A stretch of DNA of 63,979 bases, the filler included, from Folioceros fuciformis (Eukaryota), in assembly GCA_049999805.1 (NCBI GenBank). It is 4 parts of 2 records of this genome, joined end to end, with 100 filler letters (N's around TTAATTAATTAA, not from the genome) between each part and the next. Parts side by side here need not be neighbours in the genome. Positions count along the whole stretch, not along the records: positions 18,123 to 47,703 come from JBNGIO010006373.1; 3 more parts are not named here. The stretch is one strand, 5' to 3'. The notes beneath the pieces are model-generated. The model was not told where the DNA came from. It saw only the letters and a program-made list of their open reading frames with translations, and ran no database searches. Each line of letters begins with the position of its first letter. The stretch's first letter is position 1. The translations under genes were made by a program, and so were the position numbers. This document shows positions 32,717 through 46,450 of this stretch, in pieces.

Positions 32717-34990
32717 CTACTTCCCTTGGTCTACGCCTTCCTCGGTCTGGACAGCCACCGGAGATAGGGACACCTCGTCCTTGAACTCCAGTAACAGAGA
32801 GGCTTCTGATCGGGAAGCTGCTACGAGAAACACCCCGAACAGGAGGGAAGGGACTAGGTAAAGCAGCGCTGGCTGTGCAGCTCCGGAAACTGAATTTGCC
32901 ACTGTCAGTTTCCACAGAACAAGGCCTCATGAGTCTCGACCACATGACTTGCTCTGAACCAAGGGCAAGAAGAAAATTGTTACATGAGGCTTACCAACAG
33001 TAAGAGTGAGTCCGAAGACGTAGGCAGAAATACAAGTGATGAAGTAGGTTTTATCGGGAGAGCTCTCCTGTTCGGATTGAAGTTCGTTGTCTTCTCCTGA
33101 CAGCTTCGCCCTCGCTCGATCGAATCGCAGCATGAGCGCAATCAAAAGCCCTGGTGCGGCGACGTCACCCAAGCCCAGAATGGCATAATCGGTTACGGCG
33201 TTGGCCTGCAAAGCGTTTGTGCCGTCAGTCAGTATACTGGCGTCATGGTCCACTGTTGCCAAAAACGAACGGCATGACTGAACGTACTCTTGGAAAGATG
33301 AGCTTCATTGGTCCATCAAAAGCGTCTGATGTCGCCACCTTCACAATGTTGAAGGCAGAGAGTTAGATCGTCCCAGTTTCACGAATGCTTGGCAAACGCA
33401 GAAAGTGCTCTGTTTTTTTTCTGTCGCCCCTGCCCTTACTTTCAGCATGACGTTGTCACCGAAAACGTGTGACGAGCCGAACACCCAGAAGACATCGTAC
33501 AGAAGCAGTCCCGAGAGCATAACCGCGGCAATGGTGAAACTGCACCCGAGCACGAAGTTCATCAGCATACCTGGACAGAAAACGAAAAATAAAGCTCAAG
33601 AGGTGTGAAGGCAACACGTTGTATCCGAATCGATTACCCACCTTCCTAGAGACAAGAGCTGGAGGACCTCAGTGGCAATGCAAACAGCCATGAGATTATT
33701 CAGAGTGAAAGGGGCCCCCGCTTGTTTGCTCCCAACAGCCACGGAAACGGCAACTGTGATCGAGAAGCGCAAGGGCATCAGTGCACGACATTGTTTCAAA
33801 ACACACTGGTAACTCTCATGACACCAGATGAGTGTGATGGACAGGAGTGCTCAGACATTGTTTCACAGCAGACTGGTGACTTTCATAAACCAGACGAAAG
33901 TGATGACAGGAGTACCCAGAGTTGCGACGATGTCTGCTTGGGTCACTGTGAAATGTACAGGCCGGCCTTCATCCACTACTAGCCATGAAGGTAGCTCTGA
34001 TATCCCACACAGCAATTAGCATCAACGTGAGGCACACGTTGAAACCTGCCGTGGAAACTGAAGTGGATAGTTCAGTTTCCACAGAGACAGAGCACAAGAG
34101 CAAGCATTCCTACCAATGCGTTGCACACGGCGGCTCCCATCAGGAAGGATGGACTGCAGAGGTCCCACAAGATTGCTCGCTACAGCCAGAGTGCCAGCGA
34201 TTCCCAGGTAAGCTGAAATGAACGCCCTCACATTCAGGTCTGGAAAAAACCGTAGCAGGCAATAGAAGCCGAACAGGGAGCAGGAGCAGAAAATTGGTAC
34301 TGCCAAGCCTTGCTTGAGGGACAGCTTTTGTGCCTTCTTCTTTGCCAGGCTGCACCACAGGCAGCCAGACGTAAGGAGGCACACAAGACAGGAAACAGCC
34401 AGAGCATGAGAGTGAGCGTGAAGCACCAACAGGCTACCTTCGATGGCTCCCTACATACACAGACCACAAGGCCAGGAAGAGGAAGTAAAAGCTCCCAGTC
34501 CATTGAAACCGAGGCAGCAGGGGCACGACAGGAACGGCCGCCAGCAACAATGCGTACGCTACCTGTTGCACCAATTCTCCTTCATCAATCCATGCTGTTG
34601 CACACAAAATAAAACCAGTAAGCACCGGCACAATACCAGCTCAGTTGGAGTGTCCCTCCACTGCCATCCGTCGAGCACCTCTTCCAGACCCTGATCCAGC
34701 TCATCCAAGCTGCCTTCCCTCTCACTCTCGGCAGGTGCATCCTTTTGCGCGCACAGCAGGGGAGCGCCAGACGGCAGCTGTATCCTTTGTGCTCCACCCA
34801 ACACAGCTGCCTTCAAAACAGGGTCATGCCACCTTCGACCAAGGACCCGGAAAATGCAGGCACCACTCGATGGCCTGTGAAGAGCACAGACTTTCCTCAC
34901 CACACCGCTCTGTGCCGCCCTTCCTGGAAATCTAGGCTGGCAGAATTGGACATGGGTGCTCCCAATCAGAACGTGGGATAGAATCTGCAT
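32717..34990 (-). CDS. Signal peptide peptidase-like intramembrane aspartyl protease (multi-exon)
   Basis: LLYDVFWVFG, ILGLGDVAAPG and QPALLYLVP motifs in successive short exons, plus a long N-terminal extension. Exon boundaries not fully resolved. Confidence 0.88.
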
Positions 34991-35500
34991 TTTGCTGGAC
35001 CCTGTCCACAGCTTATCATCAAGTCCAGCTCCACGAGAAGCCCATCTCCACAACCCAGTTTCCTCCACCCGCAAAGCGAACGGAATCCTCCAACCCGAGG
35101 GTCAGTTTCGACGGAATAAGCGTCGACGGCAGCTTGAGAATTCAGTCCAGGTGCTGCTGCAACCAGATTCAGAACCTGAATCTTACGCCAATTCAGCATG
35201 GGCCAGTCAGGTGCCCACGCCTGTCTCCATTTTGTGGTAGAGTAGGCAGTCTTATCTCATTCTGCAGTTTTCACCGCTATAAAACCGGAAGTGCAGTTTC
35301 AATGATCCAGTTCCTTGCTAAGCGGACGCAAAACCTCTCTTTCAGTTCCCGCGCGAGTTCGTGTTCGTTCCTCTGGTGCTGCGGGTGCTGTTGGTTGGGG
35401 CTTGGCCTCGGGCCATGGGGTGAGAGAACTGGAGTGCTGACAAGCAATGCTGCTTTTAGTCATCCATGTGCTTGTGAGGCCATGGTAAGGGCCATATAGG

Positions 35501-38500
35501 ATGGCGACTGACTACGGCGGCGATGACGACGACACGTGGGACTTGGACCTCCTGGATGACCTGTTGAAGAAGGCTGAGGCGGAGAATGCAGCCAGGCGGG
35601 CGTCCCAGGCCCAGTGGGTGGGGTCGTACAACAATGCTGGTCAATTCCAGACTCCCGCCATCAATCCTGATTACACGAGGAATGCGGAGTTTGTCAGCCA
35701 GCTGAGCCATCCAAACTCCTTTCAGGAAGGGGGAGGCGGGGGCGGAGCGGTTGGTAATCCTGGGTATGGGCAGCAAAGGGATGGCAGTCAGACTCGTCAT
35801 GGCTCTGTCTCAGGGCAGCTGCCGTACGGTGCAGGGGTTGGTGGGGGAAAGATTTGGCAGAATTTTCATCAGCAGGGTGGTGCAACGTCAATGGATGAGT
35901 CTAGGTCGGCAATGTATAATGTCAGTCAGCACAGGCACGAAACGGGGAGTGTGCAACAGAACCCGACAGATAGGGTCGTGGGTGGTGGAGGTTTTGCAAC
36001 TCCTCAGCCTGCGACAATGCAGAATCGTACTAACCAGAGCTATGGGAACTGGGGGAATTCTGAGCCCATGAAACAGCCAGTCTCATTTGTTGCTCGTGAC
36101 GGGTATGAGAATATGCCCCCACCACCTCCTCCGCCCACGACCAGAGCACAAGGGTTTTCGCAGGAGGCGCGTGCCTGGTCTCAAGGTGGGGGAATGCACC
36201 ACCAGACGAGCAGGGAGGGCTTTGATTCTGGTGCAAGGCTAGCTGATGAGGAGAGGAGAAAGCTACTAGAGGAGTTGGCAGAGAAGACTGGTGCTGTCTC
36301 CTTGTTGAAGTCTCGCCTTTCTCAGGTGCATCTGATGCTCTCACTCCACGAGGATATGTGATACTAGGCAAAGTTTTTCAGAATGACTTTGGTTGTTGAC
36401 TCCTATGCTTTGCCGATACCAGGCAGACAAGGAGATATATGAGCTGAAGATGCGAGGGAGGCAAAGCAACGGGCATGCAGGGCCAGATCATCAGGTATGA
36501 ACATCAGCTTGCCATTGTATAGATCAGCCTGAGAGTAAGGGCGGCATACTACAAGCTCCCCTTCCTTGAGCAGAATGAAGTGTAGCTGCTTGTCGTCCAT
36601 GTGCTGTGTCCATCGTGGACATGGCATGTGGAGTTGAATTAGATGAACACCTGATGCTAAGGTGACGCTGCAGGATGATACGTATGACCAATATTGGCAT
36701 CTGCTGACTTCGTTGCTGGAATTTTCGACCTGCAGCGGGAGTTGAATCGCATGACATCAGAGCTTCTGTTTAAGGTTGGCTGGGCACCCAATCTCTATGT
36801 TGTTCAAAATGACTGAGATTGCACTGCGCAAATGATTCTGCGCGTGGGACAGGATCAGGAGCTTTTGGAAGCAAAGAGAGCACGATCAAATAAGGAGGAA
36901 GAATTGAAGGCAACTATGGCAGCTTTGGCTGCGACGAAACAAGAACTTGAATCCTTGAAGCTAAGCAGGTTATAAAAACTACACCTGCTATCATAGGTTT
37001 CTGTTGCCGATCTTATTTTATGTTGTGAATGTGTTGCTTCTGCAGGCAAATTGAACTCGATGAACAAGAGAGACGGCAAGCTCAAATCAATGGTAATGTG
37101 AAGGAAGAAGACATGAATATGCCGGCTCATTCTAGCCCTGTGGCGCATCGAGGGGATCGCAATGCTGAGAGTAAGGTTACCTGTCCCAGTAGACCACCAC
37201 CAGACTTAGGTTCTCCATCTCAGTCAAGAAGTATTGTCATTTTGCTTAGATAGAGCTGCTCTGCTTGCCCATGGATCTGGTACCATAAGCAATGCGGCAC
37301 TGCTGTTCACAGGTGGTGTGTCTGCCAAGGGCAAAGAGAAAGTGGATTCTGATGTGCAGGTACGCTGGGATTAGGTTTCAGTGAGAAAATTGAGGCTCAA
37401 ACATCCAGCTAAAATCTCATGGTGTGTGCTTCTGGTATAGACTGAAGAAACTGTATCAGCAAGGGCTGACGTCCCCTCTGAGGCTGCAGTTGAAGAAGCT
37501 GGGGTAACAGCACCAGATCTAGCGAGTCAGAGAATATCGGAAACTAAGTACATGTTGCAACAACTATGGGGACTGCAAGTCGTAAAGGAAGACACTGTGG
37601 GCATTCTTCCGAAACTGCTAACAGCTTCTCGCCAGGAAGTTTATGTTTTGCTCAATGCAGCGGATTCAGGTGTCCAGGATGCTCCGCAGCAGCAGGACGC
37701 TGCAACTGTCATCTTTTCAGGTACCCAGAGCAGAAAACGAAAGAGTGCTGACAGTGCACAGTCAGACGCTTTGCCATCTACCTCGTCGAAACTTCACAGT
37801 GCAATCTCAAAGGTATTGACTCGCACTTCGGAGGAGCAGCTGAGCGTTGAGCTTGTTTCCTGGAGTTGATTGTCGAATTGTTTGATCAATTGTGAGAATT
37901 ATCTGAAAATGGGTCTACAATTGGTCAGCTTGCTAGCAATGCGTGGTGAAAATGATTTGCCTCTTGTTTACTGATCTGTTCTTGCCTGCTGTGTAGATAG
38001 CCAGCAGGACAGCATCGCCCGTGACCATTATTGCTCCCTTGTTGGAGTTCTGCCATGCCACGGATGTTAGTCTCTCTTGGACCTCTGTAGGATAATGTGA
38101 ACTTCTGAGAAACAGGGCTTTTAGGGCAATTAACTCCTCTTGGCTGTTTGTTGACAGCCAGAAGTGGTGTGGTGTGCGCTGCATACTCTGCGACACGTGT
38201 TGCAACAGGACAGCTTGTGCCGAGATGCAGTGCTTGACGGGTATGTTAAAGTTGGGCACACAAGCAGCATGTGAAGGTGTTTTAACGTCTTGGTGGCTAG
38301 AAATGTTTTCTCACAGATGCCTCTGTTGTGAAAAACAGCCTTTCTCACTCCAACATTGAAAGACAAACAGGCTCCCTTGGCCCTGTTGGCCTGCATGACG
38401 GTTATGCAAGACAGGGTTGGTGGATACATAAGAATGGCTCAACATCTGCTACGGGTGTTCCAGTTTTCTCCTCCCCAAGAATTTTAAGCCAAATTAAGGG

Positions 38501-40210
38501 GCAGGAGAATGTGAAGGCAGACACAGTGGTCTCAAGACAGTCATTAGCGAAGGACCAGGACCATGTAGAGGGTCGGCAAGAAAACGTAACAGAACCTCAG
38601 ATTTCAGAAGATCAAGACCCGTCGGAGACCGCAGATATGTCCGTTTGGAATAATGCTTTCATAGCCTGGATATTCAGTAGGATATCCAGTTCAACCAATC
38701 CTCAGCTTGCAGCTGAGGCGGCTGCCATTATCAAGCTTCTCGTAGCTCACACTGAAGCGCTTACCACTAGAAGACGGTTAGTTTTTGTTGCCGGATCCCT
38801 TTCTACAACTACTTCTCTAGTTAGCCCCGTCGTCATTGTGAATCCATGTGAGCCTTTGTTTTGCTTGCAGGTTTGGCATTTTGCTATTTAATGGCAGTTT
38901 AGCTTCCCTACTGCAGAAGAGGGCTGAGCCTGAGGTTCAACATTGCGCCGTTAGAATTGTTCTCCTGTTGTTGCATTGTGAGTAGCTTGCTGGTCTTTCG
39001 GTTTCGGTTTGGCATTCCACATCTTTCGCGGGGGTTCATCTTGATTGAAATCGGCGGGGAAACCTCGCATGACATGTGTGACGAGTGTCCGCCAGGTCCT
39101 GAGATCTACAAGAGCTTCTGCACAACTAGCAATGTTCGTGAAAAAACGGCGACTGGAACCATGGAAGATTGCGGCAACCTGGAAGCCAGGGCTCCGGAGG
39201 ATATGGAGGTAGACAACGGGCTCGAGGAGAGAACGGAGGGAAGAGAGGTGACAACTGAAGAGGGCAAGCATGAGGCAACTCCTGCTACAGCTCCTGCGGA
39301 CGGTGCTGAGGACATATTGGACGGCCTGTCCGCTTGCTTGACTTTCACTGGGACCAGACTGGAGGTACATCCTATTGGACGTGCATGGTTTACCCCGTGA
39401 GTGTTCCATCCCTCTCTCAGGTCTAAATACTGTGACATCCTGCAGGAGTATTCCCTTCGAAGAAGTGCTGTGCGAGTTTTAACTTTTCTGGCCTCATCCG
39501 GGGACATGGGGGCTGCAACCTTATTACATACATTGCAAGCCTCCCGTGCGTGCAAGCAGGAGTTGTCAAAGAAGATTCAAAAGGAGGGACACAATGCAAG
39601 AGACTCCCCTGATGCTGTTCCGTTGAAGAAAGGAAATGGCAGAGGTAGTGGAGTCAGAGTTAGCACCTCTAAAAGCCAAGCTAAAGCCAGTGGCACTCAG
39701 AAAACAAACTCCCTTCCATGGCAGCTTGTTTCCTTGATTGATTCAGAGCTTGATGCTGAGGAGGAGGAGGAACACAGGCTGAGGTCCACCAGATCAGAGG
39801 CCAATGCGGAAAGGTGTACGACACTGACTTTTGTCTTGGTACCTCATACAGTGCCTTCATTTGCGATGGGCTAACCATGACCTTCTCTGCCTTGCAGAAC
39901 AAGCTTGCTCCGAGAAGCTTTGGCTCTGCTGTCCCGCCTGACAGCGCTGCCAACCACGGCCTCAACAATTTTGTCATCGCTAACACTCACGAGCCATACT
40001 TTAAGACAGAGCCTGAGCGTCGCAAACAGGCTCATTAGCAGGTGTTACACCCCACATGTTACAAGATCCCAGAGACTTTCAGCTCAGTTTGCCGACATGA
40101 GCGAACTAGCCAAGGGTCTTAGGGAAAGGATATTGTCATCTGTACCTTCGCCATCAACCCAAGATCCAGCACCCAGTGGAAAGGAACTTCAAGAGGCACT
40201 AGCCTCCTAA
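35501..40210 (+). CDS. SUV2: SUV2/ATRIP-like (ATR-interacting protein), multi-exon
   Basis: Acidic N-terminus DDTWDLDLLDDL, coiled coil, RRSAVRVLTFLASSG and C-terminal LLREALALLSRL...VANRL...LAKGLRERI motifs resemble plant SUV2. Confidence 0.7.
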
Positions 40211-41192
40211 GTAACTCCGGCTGCTTTGCAACGTTCCCTGTGTCTGTCTTCGTGTGAACTCAACCCACCCCTCGGTTCCAGATCATTGAAGGGTGCAGGA
40301 AAATTTGAACAACCCAGGACAGCAGGACACAGATATGGCTGGCCAGGGATTCACAGCTCCTCAGACGCATGCATGGCTTGCAGGACGTGAGAATGGCCGT
40401 CTCTAGTACTGGACCCTGCGCTGTGCGTGTTTGGTAGGGCTGAAACGTTTATTGTCTTCACGCTCCGAGTGTCCGTGATAGCTACAGTCCAGCGGCTCAC
40501 TGCTGCTCCAGCTCCTGCTGATCTGCAGCTCGGTCCTGGAGCGCTGCCCGGCTGCTTTGCCCGCTGTTGCTGTCCCGCAAGAATGAATGCAAGGGGCGTG
40601 GATTCAGCGTCACCACAGGACTCTCCCGTTCAGCAGTTATTGCGGTTATCCAGGTGGACATGTCCCAGGTCCTGGAAACTCTGGGCCACACTGCCAGTAG
40701 TCGGTGACTGGCCTTTGTCATCCCACCCTACGGAAAGAAATTCTGAAAAGCGCGCGCCCACGAGCAAAAGTGCAAAGCAGAAGGGCAGTACTCCGACACA
40801 ACCTGGGTGGGACACCGTAGGCGGTGTAGATGAATGTGGACGAGCTCAGTTCCTCCTGCCTTTACTCTGATCCATGACCTCTCCCTTTCAGTAGCTGGTT
40901 CACTTACACAATGAGTAAAGAATGCGTCCGGAGATCTCCCTAGAGTAGATGATGGTTCACGCGCCATGGAGGAAAGAAGCCGTTCCATATTATCTCTCTA
41001 GATTAGCTATACATATACAATTATCACAATATGTCTCTCTGCATGTACATGCATTCTTTGATTAGCTATACCCTTTGATTGCTTGGAGTACTGATTGTGC
41101 ACTTTACAAAAACTTTTTCATACTCTCCTTGTGAAAGAACAATTCCATACACTCCTCATTTTGTTTCTTGTCAGCCATCAACATATTCATTT

Positions 41193-41400
41193 GGACAATG
41201 GCAGAGTCCACTTCTCTTTATGTTCGTTGTCAGCCGACAATGGCAGAGTCCACTTTTCTTTATGTTTGTTGTCTGCCGACAATGGCAAAGTCCACTTCTC
41301 ATAAGGTTTCATGTCAGATGCATATTTCATGTTATATGACAACATGTTCATGTGTCCGCTAACAACAGCAAAGTCCACTTCTCGTAAGGTTTAATGTCGA
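41193..41400. repeat. ~42-bp tandem repeat
   Basis: gacaatggcagagtccacttctctttatgttcgttgtcagcc variants x3-4. Confidence 0.85.
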
Positions 41401-41789
41401 ATGCAAGTTTCATGTCATACGCCAACATGTTCTAGACACTACAACCACCAAATCTACTTCTCTAACAACTACAGCGTCCATACATTTATTGCTTTTGAAA
41501 GGTTGCCTTGAGCTCCAAACACTTTGGCCTTCTCGTTTTTTTGGAAAGGTTCAATTGATGCTCTTCTCACCTCTTTACAATTTCCCTATGTGTATACAAA
41601 CATCTTGGCCCTCTACTTACCTTTTGAAGAATAGTTCTTCTCTTGTATACCTTTTTTGAGGACTATTCCTCTTACCTTTTGCTTTTGAGAAACATTCCTC
41701 CTCCTACCTTTCCACGTACATAAGTAAGTAAATTGTCATCAATGTGAGGTACACACAATATAGGTTTGGTAGAAAACAAGGTCTTGCAA

Positions 41790-42270
41790 ACAAATCCTTT
41801 GCACTCCCTGTTCCTCCAATGTACAAACGCATCCTCTGCACTCTTTGTTCCTCCAACGTACAAATTGCCACTTGTAGAGATGATCGATCACGTGGCATTC
41901 CTTGTTCCTTGTACTTTGCCACTTGTACAGATGATCACATTGTACTCCTTGNNNNNNNNNNTTCCTTGTACTTTGCCACTTGTACAGATGATCACATTGT
42001 ACTCCTTGTTCCTTGGAGACATCCTTTGTACTCTTATTCCTTGCACTTTGCCACTCGTACAGGTGATCACATTGCACTCCTTGTTCCTTGATGACATCCC
42101 TCGTACTCTTGTTCCTTGCACTTTCGCAATCGTACAGGTGATCACATTGCACTCCTTGTTCCTTGCCGACATCCCTTGTACTCTTGTTCCTTGCACATCA
42201 CACTTCTTGTTCTTGGGAGACATCTCTTGAACTCTTGCTCCTTGTACTTTGCCGTTGTACACATGATCAC
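41790..42270. repeat. ~81-bp degenerate minisatellite (contains a 10-N gap)
   Basis: Repeated gccacttgtacagatgatcacattgtactccttgttccttg... units. Confidence 0.85.
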
Positions 42271-42579
42271 GTCCCTCCTACTAAAAACCTCAACTGCCAT
42301 GCTCGTCAACATGTTCCTACCCAAGTTAACCCTAGGTATTGAAATGATGCTAACATGTTCAAAAGAGTCGTCACCTAATATGCAAAGGAAGCTTGGCGAG
42401 ATATTATATCTAAATCGCATTGAGTGTAGTACATGCATGGATGACAAAAGAATATTTAGTGTTCATGTAAAATGCATAGAAATATGAAATGTACATATAT
42501 GTACGTTTATGTAACTATGTGATAATGTAAAAAACTAATATGACACCATACAACCAGAAAGAGAGTAGAAAAAATCGTT

Positions 42580-42682
42580 CCGTAGTGCCTGCCGCGCGCT
42601 TTTCCCGTAGTGCATCCCACCCTGCCGCGCGCTTTTCCCGTAGTGCATCCCACCCTGCCGCGCGCATCCCCGTAGTGCATTC
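42580..42682. repeat. ~30-bp tandem repeat ending in CGTAGTG
   Basis: ccgtagtgcatcccaccctgccgcgcgcttttc x~3. Confidence 0.8.
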
Positions 42683-44022
42683 CATAACATCCCTCTTTCC
42701 CTAACGAGGGAACTCCGAGGCTATGAATTGGTTTGGACACTGACACACATGTACACAGGACAAGGCTCATCAGCGCGCGCTTGAGAAGCCGGTGCGCCAT
42801 GGACGGGCCATTCAATGGCGGCGAGAGCTGATGACAAAGCGCGGTACTGCGTTCATGCGTGCCGCCTGCCGCGAAAGCTGCAGCTACACCGGCACACATT
42901 CAATGCGAGTTCAATACGAGCCAGTACCGGAAGGCGGAGTGGAAGGATGTGTCCCGCCCTGGTTTGCCTGCCGCTGATCGCTCCATATGATGGAGATCTG
43001 CACAGATCTCTCCACCACGCCGGGTCGCTAGTTTAATGCCAGTGGGTGTCTGCTAATCTGCTTGCAACGCAGCAGCAGCATTATAAGCAGCGGCGGCTCG
43101 AACCGCAGACCTCCAGCTCCTAGAGTTAACTGCCTTAACCAGGATTTGCAGATCTCAAGGACCAAGTTGTCGCTGCATTTGTCGAGGTGAGCAGACCTCA
43201 AGTTCCTGGAGTTAACGGCTCAACCAAGGTGGTGAATGACGAACATGTTGTTGGTTAGCGCACCGCCAAGTGAAGCGCAAATACACCTGTAGGCTGTAGA
43301 CTAAGTGAGAAGCACAGCACAGCACAGCACAAAACAAAACACACCTGTAGACTGAAAAAGTGAAGCACAAACAAAAAAAAAGAGTGGACGAGAACCGGCG
43401 GTCGGATCTTGGCGTGATATTGTGTCCGTGTCAGTTACCGGAATTTCCCCCCTTCCACGGACGCCGTCTTCTTCGTCGGCTGCCCACGGTCTTTCGTTGC
43501 CTTTGGCGCGGCCTCGGGCTGGAGCCCGGAGGCCGTGAGACCTTGTTTGTGGATTGTTCAAGTTGCATGATTGAGACGGGAGAAGGCTAAAAGCAAGACC
43601 GTCACCGGGCGCTGCCTCCGTCCCTCACCAACCGTCTTTTATGCGCCTGGCCCATGAGGGGCAGAGGGGGGCGAGGCCATTCACTCCGGCTCAGCCTGCC
43701 TGCCTGCGTCGCAGGGACAAGAAGGAGCATCGACTGGCTCTATCAGCTCGACCGGTCCCTGTTGCGGGAAAGCAACTGCAGCCGCTGTACTGCTCTCGTA
43801 TGGTGCAATAAATGCTTGCCCGGCCCGGGCGGGCGTGAAATGCTTCAAAACGGCACACGCCAAGATCGTTGAGCGCCAGCTGCTTCATACGGTTTTGCTT
43901 CCTCGGTTAAGCTTCTTGGAATCGGGAGAGGAGTCCATCCCATCACCCCGCAGCCTGCAGTGGTGGGAATTTTTCTTGTGCCACGTGATCGGTGCTGGAG
44001 GTCACGTGAGGAGGAGAGCGAG

Positions 44023-46185
44023 ATGGGGAAGGAGGTCGGCAGCGGTGAGAGGCAGGTGGCGGGGCGGCCACCGCGGCCTCGGCGCCCGCCCTCCATAGTC
44101 GACTTCATCATCCAGTTCCGGTGGGTTTTTGTTATCCCGGTGCTATTGCCGGCGTCCTTCCTCTTCTACCAGTACATGCGGTGGAGGGCGGCGATCCAGG
44201 CGTTCCTGCACGGGCCGCCCACCGAGGCGGGGCACAGGCGGAAGGTGCAGCGGGTGCAAGACCGCGTGGTGGCGCGGAATCGGGTGAAGTCCCCCGGTCT
44301 CATCTGCACGGGGAGGAGACCGTGGCTTGGGGTGAGCATCCGCAATTCCGAGCACAAGCGCTGCGCGTACAAGTACCCGGTGGATCTGGGGGCACTGTCG
44401 TCCGTTGTATGGATCGACGCGGAGCGGAGGGTGATAAAATGCGAGCCCATGGTGACCATGGCGGAGGTGAGCGCCGCCACGCTCCCGCTGGGCCTGGCGC
44501 CCGAGGTGCTGCCGGAGCTGGACGACCTCACCGTGGGAGGCGTCATCAACGGATACGGCATCGAGGGGAGCAGCCACATCTACGGCTTGTTTGCGGAGTC
44601 GTGCTCCGCGTTTGAGATGGTGTTGGCGGATGGAAGGCTTGTGCGGGCTACTGCGGACAACGACTTCAGCGACCTGTTTCGGGCCGTTCCCTGGTCGCAT
44701 GGCTCACTGGGCCTGGTTGTCGCCGCGGAGTTCCGGCTCATACCGGTGAAGGATTACATGCAGGTGACTTACACACCTGTCAAGGGCAGTTTGCGGGATA
44801 TTGGGAGGGAGTACAAGAGGCTCTTCTGTCCCCCTGACATGGATCAGGATAACAAGGAGAAGGTGAGGCTTCAACTTCTGTTCCATTGTTTTCGTCGAAG
44901 GAAGGGAGGAATCGAGGCTGCTCGCCTGCTACTGTCTGTCAGTGCCGATCATGGTTCGTCGTGTCGTTTGTTTGCCAGGTGCCCGATTTCGTGGAGGGAA
45001 TCATTTTTTCTGAGAGCACGGCCGTGATCACCACTGGAAGGTATGCGACGAAGGAGGAAGCTAAGCGGAAGGGCAATGTCATCAACAACTTCGGGTGGTG
45101 GTTTAAGCCGTGGTTTCACATCCACACGGCAACTGCTCTGGAGAGGGGGCCGTTCGTGGAGTATGTTCCTGTGCGGCAGTACTATCATCGCCACACGCGC
45201 TCTCTGTACTGGGAGGGAGGGCTTGTCGTGCCCATGGGGAATCATCCATTGTTCCGTTTCTTCCTGGGCTGGCTCATGCCTCCTAAGGTGAGATCTAACT
45301 TGCAGGATGTTGTGTGTGATATGATTGGATGGGCGTAACTCACGGTTTTCGCATCATGATGGTTTAACTTGCACATGGATGATGGACTGACGAACGCCAA
45401 ACAGGTCAGCATGCTGAAGCTGACCACGAGTCCAGCTATCCAGAATTACTACCAGCAGCGGCATGCCTGTCAGGACATGCTCGTGCCAAACCACAAACTT
45501 GAAGAGTGCCTGGAATTCTGCGACATAAACTTCGAGGTGTGCAAGTTCTTGTCCTTTATCTAATTGTGCTCTGCTAGCATGCAAAGAACAGAGAAGGCAA
45601 ACTCCACAACCTCTAAATTCTATGGAGTCCTTGTTCGACTGTGTCTTTAATTGCAGACGTACCCCCTATGGCTGTGCCCTCATCGGCTGTTCAAAGGACC
45701 ACTGCCCACGATGCTACAGACGGAGCCTGGATACGAGCTCAACAAACAGCCCGGCGACACCGACAAGGCACAAATGTGGTGCGACGTTGGCATTTGGGGC
45801 GTCCCTGGACCAGTCCTGAGGCAGGAGGTGTGGGACGGCATACAAGCGACTAAGGACATGGAGAAGTGGCTACTCGATAACGGCTGTTACCAGTGTCTTT
45901 ATGCTGTTGTTGAGCAGTCTGAAGAGGACTTTTGGACCATGTTCGACCCGACTTTGTATAACCAAGTCCGTAAAAAGTAAGCACCCTCTGCTCTGCTCTC
46001 CTCGCATCAATGCACGTAGCTGACCTGTTGAAGGTTGTGCTCTTAAGACAAGCTTGCTGAGCTTATTGGGCTTCATGCTCGTTTGCAGGTATGGAGCCGA
46101 AGGTGTATTCATGTCCGCCTACTACAAAGTGTCGAGCAGCAAGAAGAGCAAGGTATCTGCCGTGACGCCCAAGAAGACAAATTGA
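44023..46185 (+). CDS. DWF1: Delta(24)-sterol reductase / DWF1(DIM)-like FAD oxidoreductase, 5 exons
   Basis: ELDDLTVGGVINGYGIEGSSHIYGLF, PWSHGSLG, WWFKPWF, YYHRHTRSLYWEG, YPLWLCPH. GT-AG introns after 44862, 45287, 45536 and ~45976. Ends KKTN-stop. Confidence 0.92.
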
Positions 46186-46450
46186 GCATAGATTAGGGAT
46201 CAGCACTTGCGGTCCTGCCCCTGTCCCCACTCGTCCCAGTCATGGAGTATAGATGAAAGTAGTCACTTCAATAGGTGTTTCAGTCGTTGATCTGAAGCAG
46301 CTTTTCTTCTCCTCCCATGCAATGTGACCTACTTCCTCTTCCACTATTATCCAGTGTGTGTGAAGAGGCAACGGTGCACTCCCCTGAGACGCTGGCCGGC
46401 AGAGCCCGGCGTTGGGAGTACTGTACATTGATCAACTTTTAGCGATGGCA

